Source: Macrostomum hystrix
Taxonomy: Eukaryota; Animalia; Platyhelminthes
Length of the DNA: 64,000 bases
NCBI GenBank assembly: GCA_950097015.1
Contig: CATNEN010000038.1
Coordinates: 32,302,001 to 32,366,000 of the forward strand
Reading direction: 5' to 3'
The position numbers were made by a program, and so were the translations under genes. The notes under the pieces were generated by a model. It was not told the origin of the DNA. It ran no database searches and worked only from the letters and a program-made list of their open reading frames with translations. How positions within the stretch are numbered: the first letter of the stretch is position 1; the number at the start of each line of letters is the position of its first letter. Positions 1 to 13,732 of this stretch are shown in pieces.

Positions 1-35
1 TACAATCATATGTCAAGCTGCATATGTAATTTTAG

Positions 36-153
36 TTGTTCAACGCGACCCAATTTCTGGCCTTGGCCTGCTGGGCAGCGAGTTCGACCCGCTCCGTGAG
101 AACTCGATGCGTTCGAGATCCCAGTGTTCTAGGGATCAGGGTGAGCACCCGCC

Positions 154-210
<57 letters not shown>

Positions 211-245
211 GCCTGTCTGTCTATCTGTCTGTCTGTCTGCCTGCC

Positions 246-322
<77 letters not shown>

Positions 323-353
323 GCCTGCCTGTCTGTCTGTCTGCCTGCCTGCC

Positions 354-390
<37 letters not shown>

Positions 391-393
391 GCC

Positions 394-478
<85 letters not shown>

Positions 479-3400
479 GCCTGTCTGTCTGTCCAGTACT
501 CAGTCGGTCTCCACCAGACCATATCCCATTCCAGGAGACCGCAATCCCATCCTGGGCCAGGGCAATCTCGGCGAAGAGAACACAGGATTTCGTCGACAAT
601 TCAGCGTCCGCTGTCGAGGCGAATGTAAGTTTAATCTCTTTGAAATAAGGTTTTTTTGGAATCGGCTGCAGATAATTTTAACAGTCTGTGGAACATACTA
701 CTTGTAGTACTTATTTGTGTTTTAATAATTTTTTTCGCAAAACAGATCGCAATCCAATCTACCTGAGCGGCAGTGACAGCACGGAGCCTGAGTTGGACTT
801 GCTTAGGCCCAACAATCGCCCAGCCAAGACCATGGTTCAGCAGGGTGAGCGAATTCATCTATCAGTTATAATAAATCGATTGCCGGAATAGATTAGCAAT
901 CCACTTGATTCCCGTCACAAATGGAATAGATTAGCAATCCACTTGATTCCCGTCACAGATGGAATAGATTAGTAATCCACTTGATTCCCGTCACAGATGG
1001 AATAGATTAGTAATCCACTTGATTCCCGTCACAAATGGAATAGATTAGCAATCCACTTGATTCCCGTCACAAATGGAATAGATTAGCAATCCACTTGATT
1101 CCCGTCACAGATGGAATAGATTAGTAATCCACTTGATTCCCGTCACAAATGGAATATATTAGCAATCCACTTGATTCCCGTCACAAATGGAATAGATTAG
1201 CAATCCACTTGATTCCCGTCACAAATGGAATAGATTAGCAATCTACTTGATTCCCGTCACAGATGGAATAGATTAGTAATCCACTTGATTCCCGTCACAA
1301 ATGGAATAGATTAGCAATCCACTTGATTCCCGTCACAAATGGAATAGATTAGCAATCTACTTGATTCCCGTCACAGATGGAATAGATTAGTAATCCACTT
1401 GATTCCCGTCACAAATGGAATAGATTAGTAATCCACTTGATTCCCGTCACAAATGGAATAGATTAGTAATCCACTTGATTCCCGTCACAAATGGAATAGA
1501 TTAGTAATCCACTTGATTCCCGTCACAAATGGAATAGATTAGCAATCTACTTGATTCCCGTCACAGATGGAATAGATTAGTAATCCACTTGATTCCCGTC
1601 ACAAATGGAATAGATTAGCAATCCACTTGATTCCCGTCACAAATGGAATAGATTAGCAATCTACTTGATTCCCGTCACAGATGGAATAGATTAGTAATCC
1701 ACTTGATTCCCGTCACAAATGGAATAGATTAGTAATCCACTTGATTCCCGTCACAAATGGAATAGATTAGCAATCCACTTGATTCCCGTCACAGATGGAA
1801 TAGATTAGCAATCCACTTGATTCCCGTCACAAATGGAATAGATTAGCAATCCACTTGATTCCCGTCACAAATGGAATAGATTAGCAATCCACTTGATTCC
1901 CGTCACAAATGGAATAGATTAGCAATCCACTTGATTCCCGTCACAAATGGAATAGATTAGCAATCCACTTGATTCCCGTCACAAATGGAATAGATTAGCA
2001 ATCCACTTGATTCCCGTCACAAATGGAATAGATTAGCAATCCACTTGATTCCCGTCACAAATGGAATAGATTAGCAATCCACTTGATTCCCGTCACAGAT
2101 GGAATAGATTAGCAATCTACTTGATTCCCGTCACAGATGGAATAGATTAGCAATCCACTTGATTCCCGTCACAAATGGAATAGATTAGCAATCTACTTGA
2201 TTCCCGTCACAGATGGAATAGATTAGCAATCTACTTGATTCCCGTCACAAATGGAATAGATTAGCAATCCACTTGATTCCCGTCACAGATGGAATAGATT
2301 AGTAATCCACTTGATTCCCGTCACAGATGGAATAGATTAGCAATCCACTTGATTCCCGTCACAGATGGAATAGATTAGTAATCCACTTGATTCCCGTCAC
2401 AGATGGAATAGATTAGCAATCCACTTGATTCCCGTCACAAATGGAATAGATTAGCAATCCACTTGATTCCCGTCACAGATGGAATAGATTAGTAATCCAC
2501 TTGATTCCCGTCACAAATGGAATAGATTAGCAATCTACTTGATTCCCGTCACAGATGGAATAGATTAGTAATCCACTTGATTCCCGTCACAGATGGAATA
2601 GATTAGCAATCCACTTGATTCCCGTCACAAATGGAATAGATTAGCAATCCACTTGATTCCCGTCACAGATGGAATAGATTAGCAATCCACTTGATTCCCG
2701 TCACAAATGGAATAGATTAGTAATCCACTTGATTCCCGTCACAGATGGAATAGATTAGTAATCCACTTGATTCCCGTCACAAATGGAATAGATTAGCAAT
2801 CCACTTGATTCCCGTCACAGATGGAATAGATTAGCAATCCACTTGATTCCCGTCACAAATGGAATAGATTAGCAATCTACTTGATTCCCGTCACAGATGG
2901 AATAGATTAGTAATCCACTTGATTCCCGTCACAAATGGAATAGATTAGCAATCCACTTGATTCCCGTCACAGATGGAATAGATTAGCAATCCACTTGATT
3001 CCCGTCACAAATGGAATAGATTAGCAATCCACTTGATTCCCGTCACAAATGGAATAGATTAGCAATCCACTTGATTCCCGTCACAAATGGAATAGATTAG
3101 CAATCCACTTGATTCCCGTCACAAATGGAATAGATTAGCAATCTACTTGATTCCCGTCACAGATGGAATAGATTAGTAATCCACTTGATTCCCGTCACAA
3201 ATGGAATAGATTAGTAATCCACTTGATTCCCGTCACAAATGGAATAGATTAGCAATCCACTTGATTCCCGGTCACAAATGGAATAGATTAGCAATCCACT
3301 TGATTCCCGTCACAAATGGAATAGATTAGCAATCCACTTGATTCCCGTCACAAATGGAATAGATTAGCAATCTACTTGATTCCCGTCACAGATGGAATAG

Positions 3401-6400
3401 ATTAGCAATCCACTTGATTCCCGTCACAAATGAAATATATTAGTAATCCACTTGATTCCCGTCACAAATGGAATAGATTAGTAATCCACTTGATTCCCGT
3501 CACAAATGGAATAGATTAGCAATCCACTTGATTCCCGTCACAAATGGAATAGATTAGCAATCCACTTGATTCCCGTCACAAATGGAATAGATTAGCAATC
3601 CACTTGATTCCCGTCACAAATGGAATAGATTAGTAATCCACTTGATTCCCGTCACAAATGGAATAGATTAGTAATCCACTTGATTCCCGTCACAAATGGA
3701 ATAGATTAGCAATCCACTTGATTCCCGTCACAAATGGAATAGATTAGTAATCCACTTGATTCCCGTCACAAATGGAATAGATTAGCAATCCACTTGATTC
3801 CCGTCACAAATGGAATAGATTAGTAATCCACTTGATTCCCGTCACAAATGGAATAGATTAGCAATCCACTTGATTCCCGTCACAAATGGAATAGATTAGT
3901 AATCCACTTGATTCCCGTCACAAATGGAATAGATTAGTAATCCACTTGATTCCCGTCACAAATGGAATAGATTAGCAATCCACTTGATTCCCGTCACAAA
4001 TGGAATAGATTAGTAATCCACTTGATTCCCGTCACAAATGGAATAGATTAGCAATCCACTTGATTCCCGTCACAAATGGAATAGATTAGCAATCCACTTG
4101 ATTCCCGTCACAAATGGAATAGATTAGCAATCCACTTGATTCCCGTCACAAATGGAATAGATTAGCAATCTACTTGATTCCCGTCACAGATGGAATAGAT
4201 TAGCAATCCACTTGATTCCCGTCACAGATGGAATAGATTAGCAATCCACTTGATTCCCGTCACAAATGGAATAGATTAGCAATCCACTTGATTCCCGTCA
4301 CAAATGGAATAGATTAGCAATCCACTTGATTCCCGTCACAAATGGAATAGATTAGCAATCTACTTGATTCCCGTCACAAATGGAATAGATTAGCAATCCG
4401 CTTGATTCCCGTCACAAATGGAATAGATTAGCAATCCACTTGATTCCCGTCACAAATGGAATAGATTAGCAATCCACTTGATTCCCGTCACAGATGGAAT
4501 AGATTAGCAATCTACTTGATTCCCGTCACAGATGGAATAGATTAGTAATCCACTTGATTCCCGTCACAAATGGAATAGATTAGTAATCCACTTGATTCCC
4601 GTCACAAATGGAATAGATTAGCAATCCACTTGATTCCCGGTCACAAATGGAATAGATTAGCAATCCACTTGATTCCCGTCACAAATGGAATAGATTAGCA
4701 ATCCACTTGATTCCCGTCACAAATGGAATAGATTAGCAATCTACTTGATTCCCGTCACAGATGGAATAGATTAGCAATCCACTTGATTCCCGTCACAAAT
4801 GAAATATATTAGCAATCCACTTGATTCCCGTCACAGATGGAATAGATTAGCAATCCACTTGATTCCCGTCACAAATGGAATAGATTAGCAATCCACTTGA
4901 TTCCCGTCACAGATGGAATAGATTAGCAATCCACTTGATTCCCGTCACAAATGGAATAGATTAGTAATCCACTTGATTCCCGTCACAAATGGAATAGATT
5001 AGCAATCCACTTGATTCCCGTCACAAATGGAATAGATTAGTAATCCACTTGATTCCCGTCACAAATGGAATAGATTAGTAATCCACTTGATTCCCGTCAC
5101 AAATGGAATAGATTAGCAATCCACTTGATTCCCGTCACAAATGGAATAGATTAGCAATCTACTTGATTCCCGTCACAGATGGAATAGATTAGCAATCCAC
5201 TTGATTCCCGTCACAGATGGAATAGATTAGCAATCCACTTGATTCCCGTCACAAATGGAATAGATTAGCAATCCACTTGATTCCCGTCACAAATGGAATA
5301 GATTAGCAATCCACTTGATTCCCGTCACAAATGGAATAGATTAGCAATCTACTTGATTCCCGTCACAGATGGAATAGATTAGTAATCCGCTTGATTCCCG
5401 TCACAGATGGAATAGATTAGCAATCTACTTGATTCCCGTCACAGATGGAATAGATTAGCAATCCACTTGATTCCCGTCACAAATGGAATAGATTAGCAAT
5501 CTACTTGATTCCCGTCACAAATGGAATAGATTAGCAATCCGCTTGATTCCCGTCACAAATGGAATAGATTAGCAATCCACTTGATTCCCGTCACAAATGG
5601 AATAGATTAGCAATCCACTTGATTCCCGTCACAAATGGAATAGATTAGCAATCCACTTGATTCCCGTCACAAATGGAATAGATTAGCAATCCACTTGATT
5701 CCCGTCACAAATGGAATAGATTAGCAATCTACTTGATTCCCGTCACAAATGGAATCGATTAGCAATCCACTTGATTCCCGTCACAAATGGAATCGATTAG
5801 CAATCTACTTGATTCCCGTCACAAATGGAATAGATTAGCAATCCACTTGATTCCCGTCACAAATGGAATAGATTAGCAATCCACTTGATTCCCGTCACAA
5901 ATGGAATCGATTAGCAATCCGCTTGATTCCCGTCACAAATGGAATAGATTAGCAATCCACTTGATTCCCGTCACAAATGGAATCGATTAGCAATCCGCTT
6001 GATTCCCGTCACAAATGGAATCGATTAGCAATCCGCTTGATTCCCGTCACAGATGGAATAGATTAGCAATCCACTTGATTCCCGTCACAAATGGAATCGA
6101 TTAGCAATCCGCTTGATTCCCGTCACAGATGGAATAGATTAGCAATCCACTTGATTCCCGTCACAAATGGAATATATTAGTAATCCACTTGATTCCCGTC
6201 ACAAATGGAATAGATTAGCAATCCACTTGATTCCCGTCACAGATGGAATAGATTAGCAATCCACTTGATTCCCGTCACAAATGGAATAGATTAGCAATCC
6301 ACTTGATTCCCGTCACAAATGGAATCGATTAGCAATCCGCTTGATTCCCGTCACAGATGGAATAGATTAGCAATCCACTTGATTCCCGTCACAAATGGAA

Positions 6401-9400
6401 TAGATTAGCAATCCACTTGATTCCCGTCACAAATGGAATAGATTAGCAATCCACTTGATTCCCGTCACAAATGGAATAGATTAGCAATCCACTTGATTCC
6501 CGTCACAAATGGAATAGATTAGCAATCCACTTGATTCCCGTCACAAATGGAATAGATTAGCAATCCACTTGATTCCCGTCACAAATGGAATCGATTAGCA
6601 ATCCACTTGATTCCCGTCACAGATGGAATAGATTAGCAATCTACTTGATTCCCGTCACAGATGGAATAGATTAGCAATCCACTTGATTCCCGTCACAGAT
6701 GGAATAGATTAGCAATCCACTTGATTCCCGTCACAGATGGAATAGATTAGCAATCCACTTGATTCCCGTCCCAGATGGAATAGATTAGCAATCCACTCCA
6801 TTTCCAACACCCGTGGTATCCAGTATTAGATAAGCAATCAATTATTCATGTCTCCCACGTTTTGCAGCCAGCCGAGATCCCATCTCAGGCAGGGGAGATT
6901 TTGGGCGCGAGTGGGATCCGATTCGCAAATACGCCGGTCGACCCAAGCCATTGCCGACTGCCCCGGTGAAAGACGGTAAGAGAATTTCGATGTTAGTTTA
7001 AACAAATTAAGCAACAATTTAAATTACTCGAAATACAACTGCTTCGTGCTTCGAGAGAAAAAAGTGTAAAATTTGTTTTCACTTTAAATAATAAACGTTT
7101 TAATAATTTTTTAAGAAACAAAAACTGGATCTAAAATGTATAATTACCCCGTGCTAAAAGCAATGCTTTTTAGAGAGTATAGTATTCAAGTCTTGGTTTT
7201 CAAACAAAATGCAGATTTGAAAATGCGAGAGGCAGTTAAATTGAGCTTTCTCGATGGTCTGAAATTGGCCGACTTTATTCCCCAGTGTATTTAAACTCGT
7301 GCGAAAAAACGTAAATAATCACGCTTGCTTTTTTATTGTTAAACTTATGTTAAAGAACTGCTAGTAATAAACTCGATCAGTCTTAGTTGCAGACGAAGCA
7401 ATATTCGTAAGCAATCTAACTGTTTAACATCCGATGCAACCTGCTTTTCCTCAAGAGCGTAACCCCATCACTGGCTGTGGAATACCCAAGAGTTCCACCA
7501 TAGAACTGTGGCATCGACCGCCGGACTATCCGTTCAGGGAGTATTTGGATAGGCCCTTGACACGCTCCAATTCTGTCATGCCTCATCGTAAATTATTTTT
7601 GTTTTTATTCGGATTCATCTATAGGACCTAATGGTGATAGGCTTGTAACGCATAGTTGTTTTTTAATTCCATGAAAATTGGTATTTGCTTCTATGCTCGA
7701 ACTGAAGATTTTAGATTTTTTAAATCTAAAAACATTTTGATTAAAAGCTAGTTTGTTTGTTTCTTAGAAATCCGTTTCGATTATGAAAATTAATTCTTAG
7801 AAACCTCGGTCAAAGTAATACGCAAATTTTCCTAGAAATCCCGATGGGCCAAGTTTTGATGTTTTATTTTTGTAACTAAATTGTCACGTAAATTATTTTT
7901 GTTTTTATTCGGATTCATTTATAGGACCTAATGGTGATAGGCTTGTAACGCATAGTTGTTTTTTAATTCCATGAAAATTGGTATTTGCTTCTATGCTCGA
8001 ACTGAAGATTTTAGATTTTTGAAATCTAAAAACATTTTGATTAAAAGCTAGTTTGTTCGAAACGAAGTTTTCCTAGAAATCCGTTTCGATTATGAAAATA
8101 AATTCTTAGAAACCTCGGTCAAAGTAATACGCAAACTTTCATAGAAATCCCGATCGATCAAGTTTGAATGTTTTTAACTCCCCAGTTTTTTAGCTGCTTA
8201 TTCATTAAAAATGTCGAGTGATGGCGAGCGAGTTTATTAGAAATTAAAATCAACTTGCTTCTTTATTTCTTACCAACTAATATCGGTTTCCGGGCTTAAT
8301 AACAACAAAAGAGACGGTGCAAGAATTTTAAGCTAATAGCGATAGTAATTTATCAATAATTGAAATTTCCAACGCTGTAAAATATAATAACGACATGTGG
8401 CGATAATTAAAATTCCATTTGATTCAGAACGCCGTCCAAATCGTAATCCGCTGACTGGTGACGAGGACTCGAAGCCAACGACGACTAGGCGAGTCATTAG
8501 TGAGTCCAAGTTTAAATATTTTTATTAATTTAGCATCTTGTTTTGTTGAACTTTTGAAATATAGTGTTTATTTTCCTCTTTCAACTCAATAGAGAAGACC
8601 AACCCGTTGACTGGCGAGAACTGCAGCAGCTTTAGTGTGAAGCCCGAGGAGCGGCAGCAGAGAAGTCGAACTGCCAGCGCCTCGTCAAAGAGTAAAACAA
8701 AGTTTTCTGTCTTTAGTCCCAAATCATCATTCACCTGTTTTCAATTGCTGTCGAATATATATATCACCATCTTCAGTCGCCTTGTCTTTCCGTCTCTTGT
8801 CTTTAATTACCTGTCATCTGTCACATATCTTTAAATCTTTGTCTTCAGTCACCTGTCTTCAGTCACTTGTCTTCAGTCACCTGTCTTCAGTCACTTGTCT
8901 TCAGTCACCTGTCTTCAGTCACCTGTCTTCAGTCACTTGTCTTCAGTCACTTGTCTTCAGTCACCTGTCTTCAGTCACCTGTCTTCAGTCACCTGTCTTC
9001 AGTCACCTGTCTTCAGTCACCTGTCTTCAGTCACCTGTCTTCAGTCACCTGTCTTCTGCCACCTGTCTTCAGTCACCTGTCTTCAGTCACTTGTCTTCAG
9101 TCACCTGTCTTCAGTCACTTGTCTTCAGTCACCTGTCTTCAGTCACTTGTCTTCAGTCACCTGTCTTCAGTCACTTGTCTTCAGTCACCTGTCTTCAGTC
9201 ACCTGTCTTCAGTCACTTGTCTTCAGTCACTTGTCTTCAGTCACCTGTCTTCAGTCACCTGTCTTCTGCCACCTGTCTTCTGTCACCTGTCTTCTGTCAC
9301 CTGTCATCTGTCACCTGTCTTCAGTCACCTGTCATCTGCCACCTGTCTTCAGTCACCTGTCATCTGTCACCTGTCTTCTGCCACCTGTCTTCTGCCACCT

Positions 9401-10838
9401 ATCTTCTGCAGTTACCTGTCTTCTGCCACCTGTCTTCAGTCACCTGTCTTCAGTCGCCTGTCTTCAGTCACCTGTCTTCTGCCACCTGTCTTCAGTCGCC
9501 TGTCTTCAGTCACCTGTCTTCTGCCACCTATCTTCAGTTACCTGTCTTCAGTCACCTGTCTTCAGTCGACTGTCTTCTGCCACCTGTCTTCTGCCACCTA
9601 TCTTCAGTTACCTGTCTTCTGCCTGTCTTCAGTTACCTGTCTTCAGTCACCTGTCTTCTGCCACCTGTCTTCAGTCACCTGTCTTCTGCCACCTGTCTTC
9701 AGTCGCCTGTCTTCAGTCGCCTGTCAATTCAGTCGCCTGTCTTCTGCCACCTGTCTTCAGTCGCCTGTCTTCAGTCGCCTGTCAATTCAGTCACCTGTCT
9801 TCTGCCACCTGTCTTCAGTCGCCTGTCTTCTGTGTAATACCAGGCGTTAGAAGAGTGTCAAATGCTTTGCAGGCTCCAATCCGCTCACTGGAGAAGGCTG
9901 CCGCACGTCGGATTCGCGTCCATCGACGCCGCGCAAAACGGCCAACGGAGCAGGCGGCGTCAGCGGAGGCAACCCTTTGACTGGAGAAAACTGTCAGTCG
10001 TACGATTTGAGCGCTGAATTTCGTTCAAAACAGCCGGTTGAGCAAGGTATTTTATTCTGCCATCAATCTATTTTTTATTAGCTAGTTATCCGAAGTAACA
10101 ATTGGTCTAGTCTAGTACATAAAGTTTTGCTAATTATTGATTTATAGGCTAAAATTATTAATCCAAAATCTTTCCAACGCAACAGGCGAAGCAAAGAATC
10201 CACTAACCGGAGAAAATTGTCAGAGCTACGATCTGACGGCTGAGCTCAAAACGCGACCTCCAGCTGCGGCCATGGCTTTCGAGGGTTAGTTTAACTGGAC
10301 GGAATTATTTATTTATTTTTTTAGACTAGATTAGATGCTGCTTTTTATAAAGCGAAACATATAGGCGCTTATGTTTCTAAAATTAGAAAATGAGTCATCA
10401 GCATACTTCTAAAAATAGAAGTAAGTAACATAGTACTTGTTTCTAAAAATAGGATTAAAAAGAGCACCCGTAATTCATTCTCACTGAAAAGATTTAATGT
10501 TGTTTAAAGTATTTTAATATTAATACATGCTTTAAATTTTATTTTAGTAATGCAAATTTTTCTATATTTACAAATTCACTATCAAGATCGGCCAAATCCG
10601 CTGACCGGCGAAAATGTCAACAGCTTCGATATCAACCAAGAGCTGCGAAGCGATCGCGGCAACGGCAACAGTGCCAGCGCATCTGCTGCTGTGGAAATTC
10701 TAGCCACTGCTGCAGCTGCCGAGGGTAAGACTTCTGAATCTTCATTTTGAACCGGTGAATTTATTTTATTTTGAATTTGACACATACTATCCATCAATTC
10801 TAGAACCAGCTGCAGGCGATGATGACGAAACATTTTAA
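36..10838 (+). CDS. Modular (R)NP(L/I)TG-repeat protein, 5'-partial, possibly microtubule-associated (Jupiter-like motif); 11 exons seen
   Basis: Exons 36-140, 535-624, 746-844, 6868-6975, 7456-7587, 8428-8499, 8593-8691, 9873-10046, 10186-10284, 10587-10724, 10804-10838 (TAA). All introns are GT-AG and phase 1, and the exons join into one open frame. Each exon except the last carries RDPISG/RNPILG/RNPIY/RNPITG/NPLTG(D/E). AATAAA at ~10976. The function call is inference only. Confidence 0.8.
151..493. repeat. (TCTG)n microsatellite in intron
   Basis: Near-perfect tctg tandem with occasional cctg units. Confidence 0.97.
886..6797. repeat. 38-bp intronic minisatellite, ~155 copies
   Basis: Unit GGAATAGATTAG(C/T)AATC(C/T)ACTTGATTCCCGTCACA(A/G)AT. 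Phase recurs after 1140 bp = 30 x 38. Confidence 0.98.
7587..8176. repeat. ~300-bp direct tandem duplication at the start of an intron
   Basis: cgtaaattatttttgtttttattcggattc... occurs at 7587 and again at 7887 with few differences. Confidence 0.9.
8838..9830. repeat. 14-bp intronic minisatellite
   Basis: Unit GTCTTCAGTCAC(C/T)T, drifting to GTCTTCTGCCACCT toward the 3' end. Confidence 0.97.
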
Positions 10839-11937
10839 CCTCACTGCAGCAAAGAATATGCAGAGAGAGCTACATTATGTCGAGCGAGTTCATACTTGCT
10901 GATGATCAAAGAATTTTTTAAATCGGATGCGTTTGTTATAACTTATGGAGTTCGTGATCGCCATTTTAAACAAAAAATAAACTTATTAACGCGTAGTACA
11001 AGATAAGCCTGGCTTGTTGCTGTTTTTTAATTTTCCAAATATTTAATTCCGTCGAATTTCTTTCATTTTATTGGAATCATTGCTTACAGTATCCTATAAT
11101 ATTCTTTGCTTGTGTTAAGCAAATTGTCTTGTCTCGGTGTCGGTCGCGCAAAATTAATTTTATTGCCTTTTGTAGTGCTAAAAACCATCAGTTTCATATT
11201 TGTTATGCCTTTGCACAGCTTAATATCATTTAATTTTACTGCTTCCAGTTATTTAAATAGTTTTATCTTTCAAATCAAGGTTTTAAACGCAGCTTAGCTT
11301 ACCGGAAATTTCTCGATACGGAATAAAAACTATTTCTCAAAATACTACTGTCAGTAGGCATCGCAGCTTACTTTTTTGTGTTGTAAAGTAAAGTTACCAG
11401 TGAAATGTTTTGCTCGGCTTTTGGCTTTATAGCTGAGCTTCCTTAAAAACTTCCTTGAATACTTTTTTATCGTAAATTTATCTCTTCATATCATTTTTAG
11501 CTACTCGCTTCACCTGTCTAATTTTGCATTGTATTGTTGTTTTTATAACAGCTGGTTTTTAGTCATAGCAAATCATTGCTTCCAACTTTAGTCACTTTTT
11601 TATCTTTGAATTAAAAATCGCAGAACATGATTTTTTGCTTTGTCTTTTTTATTCGTCAGTAGTTATAAACGGAAAATATAAGTTTAGGTACTTCGGATTT
11701 TTCAGTCCGAGAAAAGTACGAGTACATGCTTCTGGCACATATAAATTAGAACGATTCTTAATCAAGCAAAGAATGATTTTTCTTATACTGAAGACAGAAG
11801 TGTTCTTTGTTAGACATATGTTTTGTGTTCGACGATAAGTGTCAAATGTTTGACGCTTGAGTATTTTGTATTAGACGGAAGATTCCTTCCTTTTTAGCAA
11901 GAATCAAAGCTGAATTCACATTAATGCATATATTGTA

Positions 11938-13725
11938 CGAGGGGTGTCCAAAAAGTAGTGATACTTTTGCTCGTATAGCCTTACTGCATGCTTGAAAATC
12001 AGCAAGTTTGGTGTTGTTGGAAAGCGAAAAATATCAGCCTTAATTTGACTAAAAAATCATCCTCATATGTTGTTTTTAAAAAACGTTATCACTGTCTATT
12101 TGAGCAAGGGTTGCTCATAGACTTACAAAAATACTGTATGGTTGACTTTGTTGAGTTTTATCTGCCTCAAAGATTCATGAAGCTTTAGAGCTTAACAAAT
12201 CAATAAATGTAAACCAATAAATACTGGGGTAGCATTTTACGAGCGTACGAGGGTTGCTTTTTTGTCTGTGGTAAATTGTGGCTAAGTCTTCTTCGCACTG
12301 CCTGCTTGCTTCTGCCTGCCTGCCTGCTTCTGCACTGCCAGCTCATTTTTCTTTCACAAGTGCTTGCTTTTTCAAGACCAGATTCTGTTCAACTGACAGT
12401 TATGGACGTGCGCTCAAAGGAAGGACAGCGGCACGCAATTCACACACTATGGAGTATTGGGAAAAGTGGACAGGAGATTTACCATCATCTGTGCAGCATT
12501 CACGGAGCCGAAGCAGTAAGTCGCATGACGGTGTACAGATGGGTCGAGCAATTTGAGTCAGGAAGAACAAATTTGGCTGACTTGCCAAGGCCAGGAAGGC
12601 CATCTACACCAAGCTCAAAGGCTTTGGCTGACCGGATTCTTGATCTGCTGGAAGAAGACTGCAGAATGACAATTCGTGAGATTGCTGACAGACTCGACAC
12701 GCCACGATCAACGGTTCATCTCTGCCTGACCAATATGAACTTCGTTAAGCTGAGCGCCCGCTGGGTCCCAAAGCTCCTCACTGCTGATATGCGACTGCAA
12801 CGCCAGCAGACATGCCAAGGGAACCTGAATCTGGTAAGTCAACGCGGTGGCTGGAATCAGTTCCGCCAGTTGATTGTTACTGGCGACGAGACGTGGGTTC
12901 CACATTTTGACCCGCCGACAAAGCAAGAGTCTAAAGTGTGGACACTTAAGGGTTCCGACCCACCACTCAAGGCTCGCCGTGAAACTCACTGTAAGAAAAT
13001 CATGCTGTCAGTTTTCTTTGACTGTAATGGCCCAATCACCATTGACTTCCTGGAGCCGAATACGATGATCAACGCAGACCGTTATTCGTCTCTCCTTGCA
13101 AGCCTGAAGGCAGACATCCAAAATAAGCGGCGCTCGGGAGTCAAGCCAGTCATCCTGCATCATAACAACGCCCGGCCGCACACTGCCCACCAAACAATGG
13201 AGGCCATCAAAAAGCTAAAGTTTGACCTTCTGCCTCATCCGCCATATTCGCCAGATCTCGCGCCTGCGGATTTTGCCCTTTTCCCTCAATTGAAGCGCCA
13301 CCTGAGGGGCCGTGTCCATGTCAGCCGTGATCACCTGGAACAGGAAGTCCGCAGAGTACTTTTGCACGTGATTCCGCGACAGATCTACGCAGATGCGATT
13401 GATCACTTGTTTCGTCGCTGGGAGAAGTGCGTGCAATCGGGGGGTAATTATGTCGAGAAAGCTTCCCTCCCTGATGATGATGAGTCATACTAACTGTCGA
13501 AACTTCTTGACCTGTTACACCATGCATAAATTCATTGTAACTCTATGGCTGACCATGTTGTGTGTTTCTATTCATAACTTTGTTATAGGTTGTGTTTTTG
13601 TTAAATGTTTGCAGTCAAATTAAAGCTGATATTTTTCGCTTTCCAACAACACCAAACTTGCTGATTTTCAAGCATGCAGTAAGGCTGTACGAGCAAAAGT
13701 ATCACTACTTTTTGGACACCCCTCG
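11938..13725 (+). mobile_element. Full-length mariner (DD34D) DNA transposon with 113-bp TIRs
   Basis: TIRs 11938-12050 and 13613-13725 (CGAGGGGTGTCCAAAAAGTAGTG..., 2 mismatches). TA flanks at 11936-37 and 13726-27. Internal transposase ORF. Confidence 0.95.
12402..13493 (+). CDS. Mariner transposase (363 aa from the first ATG), second catalytic Asp replaced by Asn
   Basis: HTH with RPGRP, WVPKLL, VTGDETW, HHNNARPH (canonical HHDNARPH), YSPDLAPAD. 34-residue spacing between the second and third catalytic positions. Confidence 0.92.
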   Translation: MDVRSKEGQRHAIHTLWSIGKSGQEIYHHLCSIHGAEAVSRMTVYRWVEQFESGRTNLADLPRPGRPSTPSSKALADRILDLLEEDCRMTIREIADRLDTPRSTVHLCLTNMNFVKLSARWVPKLLTADMRLQRQQTCQGNLNLVSQRGGWNQFRQLIVTGDETWVPHFDPPTKQESKVWTLKGSDPPLKARRETHCKKIMLSVFFDCNGPITIDFLEPNTMINADRYSSLLASLKADIQNKRRSGVKPVILHHNNARPHTAHQTMEAIKKLKFDLLPHPPYSPDLAPADFALFPQLKRHLRGRVHVSRDHLEQEVRRVLLHVIPRQIYADAIDHLFRRWEKCVQSGGNYVEKASLPDDDESY

Positions 13726-13732
13726 TAATATA

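Noticed and set aside
36-707. LSVC / TDRQ repeat ORFs
   Set aside because: Artefacts of the (TCTG)n microsatellite.
886-6797. CRISPR-like array (38-bp repeats)
   Set aside because: Units are head-to-tail with no unique spacers, there are no cas genes, and the context is a eukaryotic intron.
8782-9980. Three overlapping 327-361-aa ORFs (SSVTCLQSPVFSHL)
   Set aside because: A stop-free 14-bp repeat is read in all frames; only 9873-10046 is a real exon.
12276-12401. Hydrophobic N-terminal extension or SETMAR-type fusion on the transposase
   Set aside because: It starts at TTG inside the element's 5' region, there is no SET domain, and the real start is likely ATG 12402.
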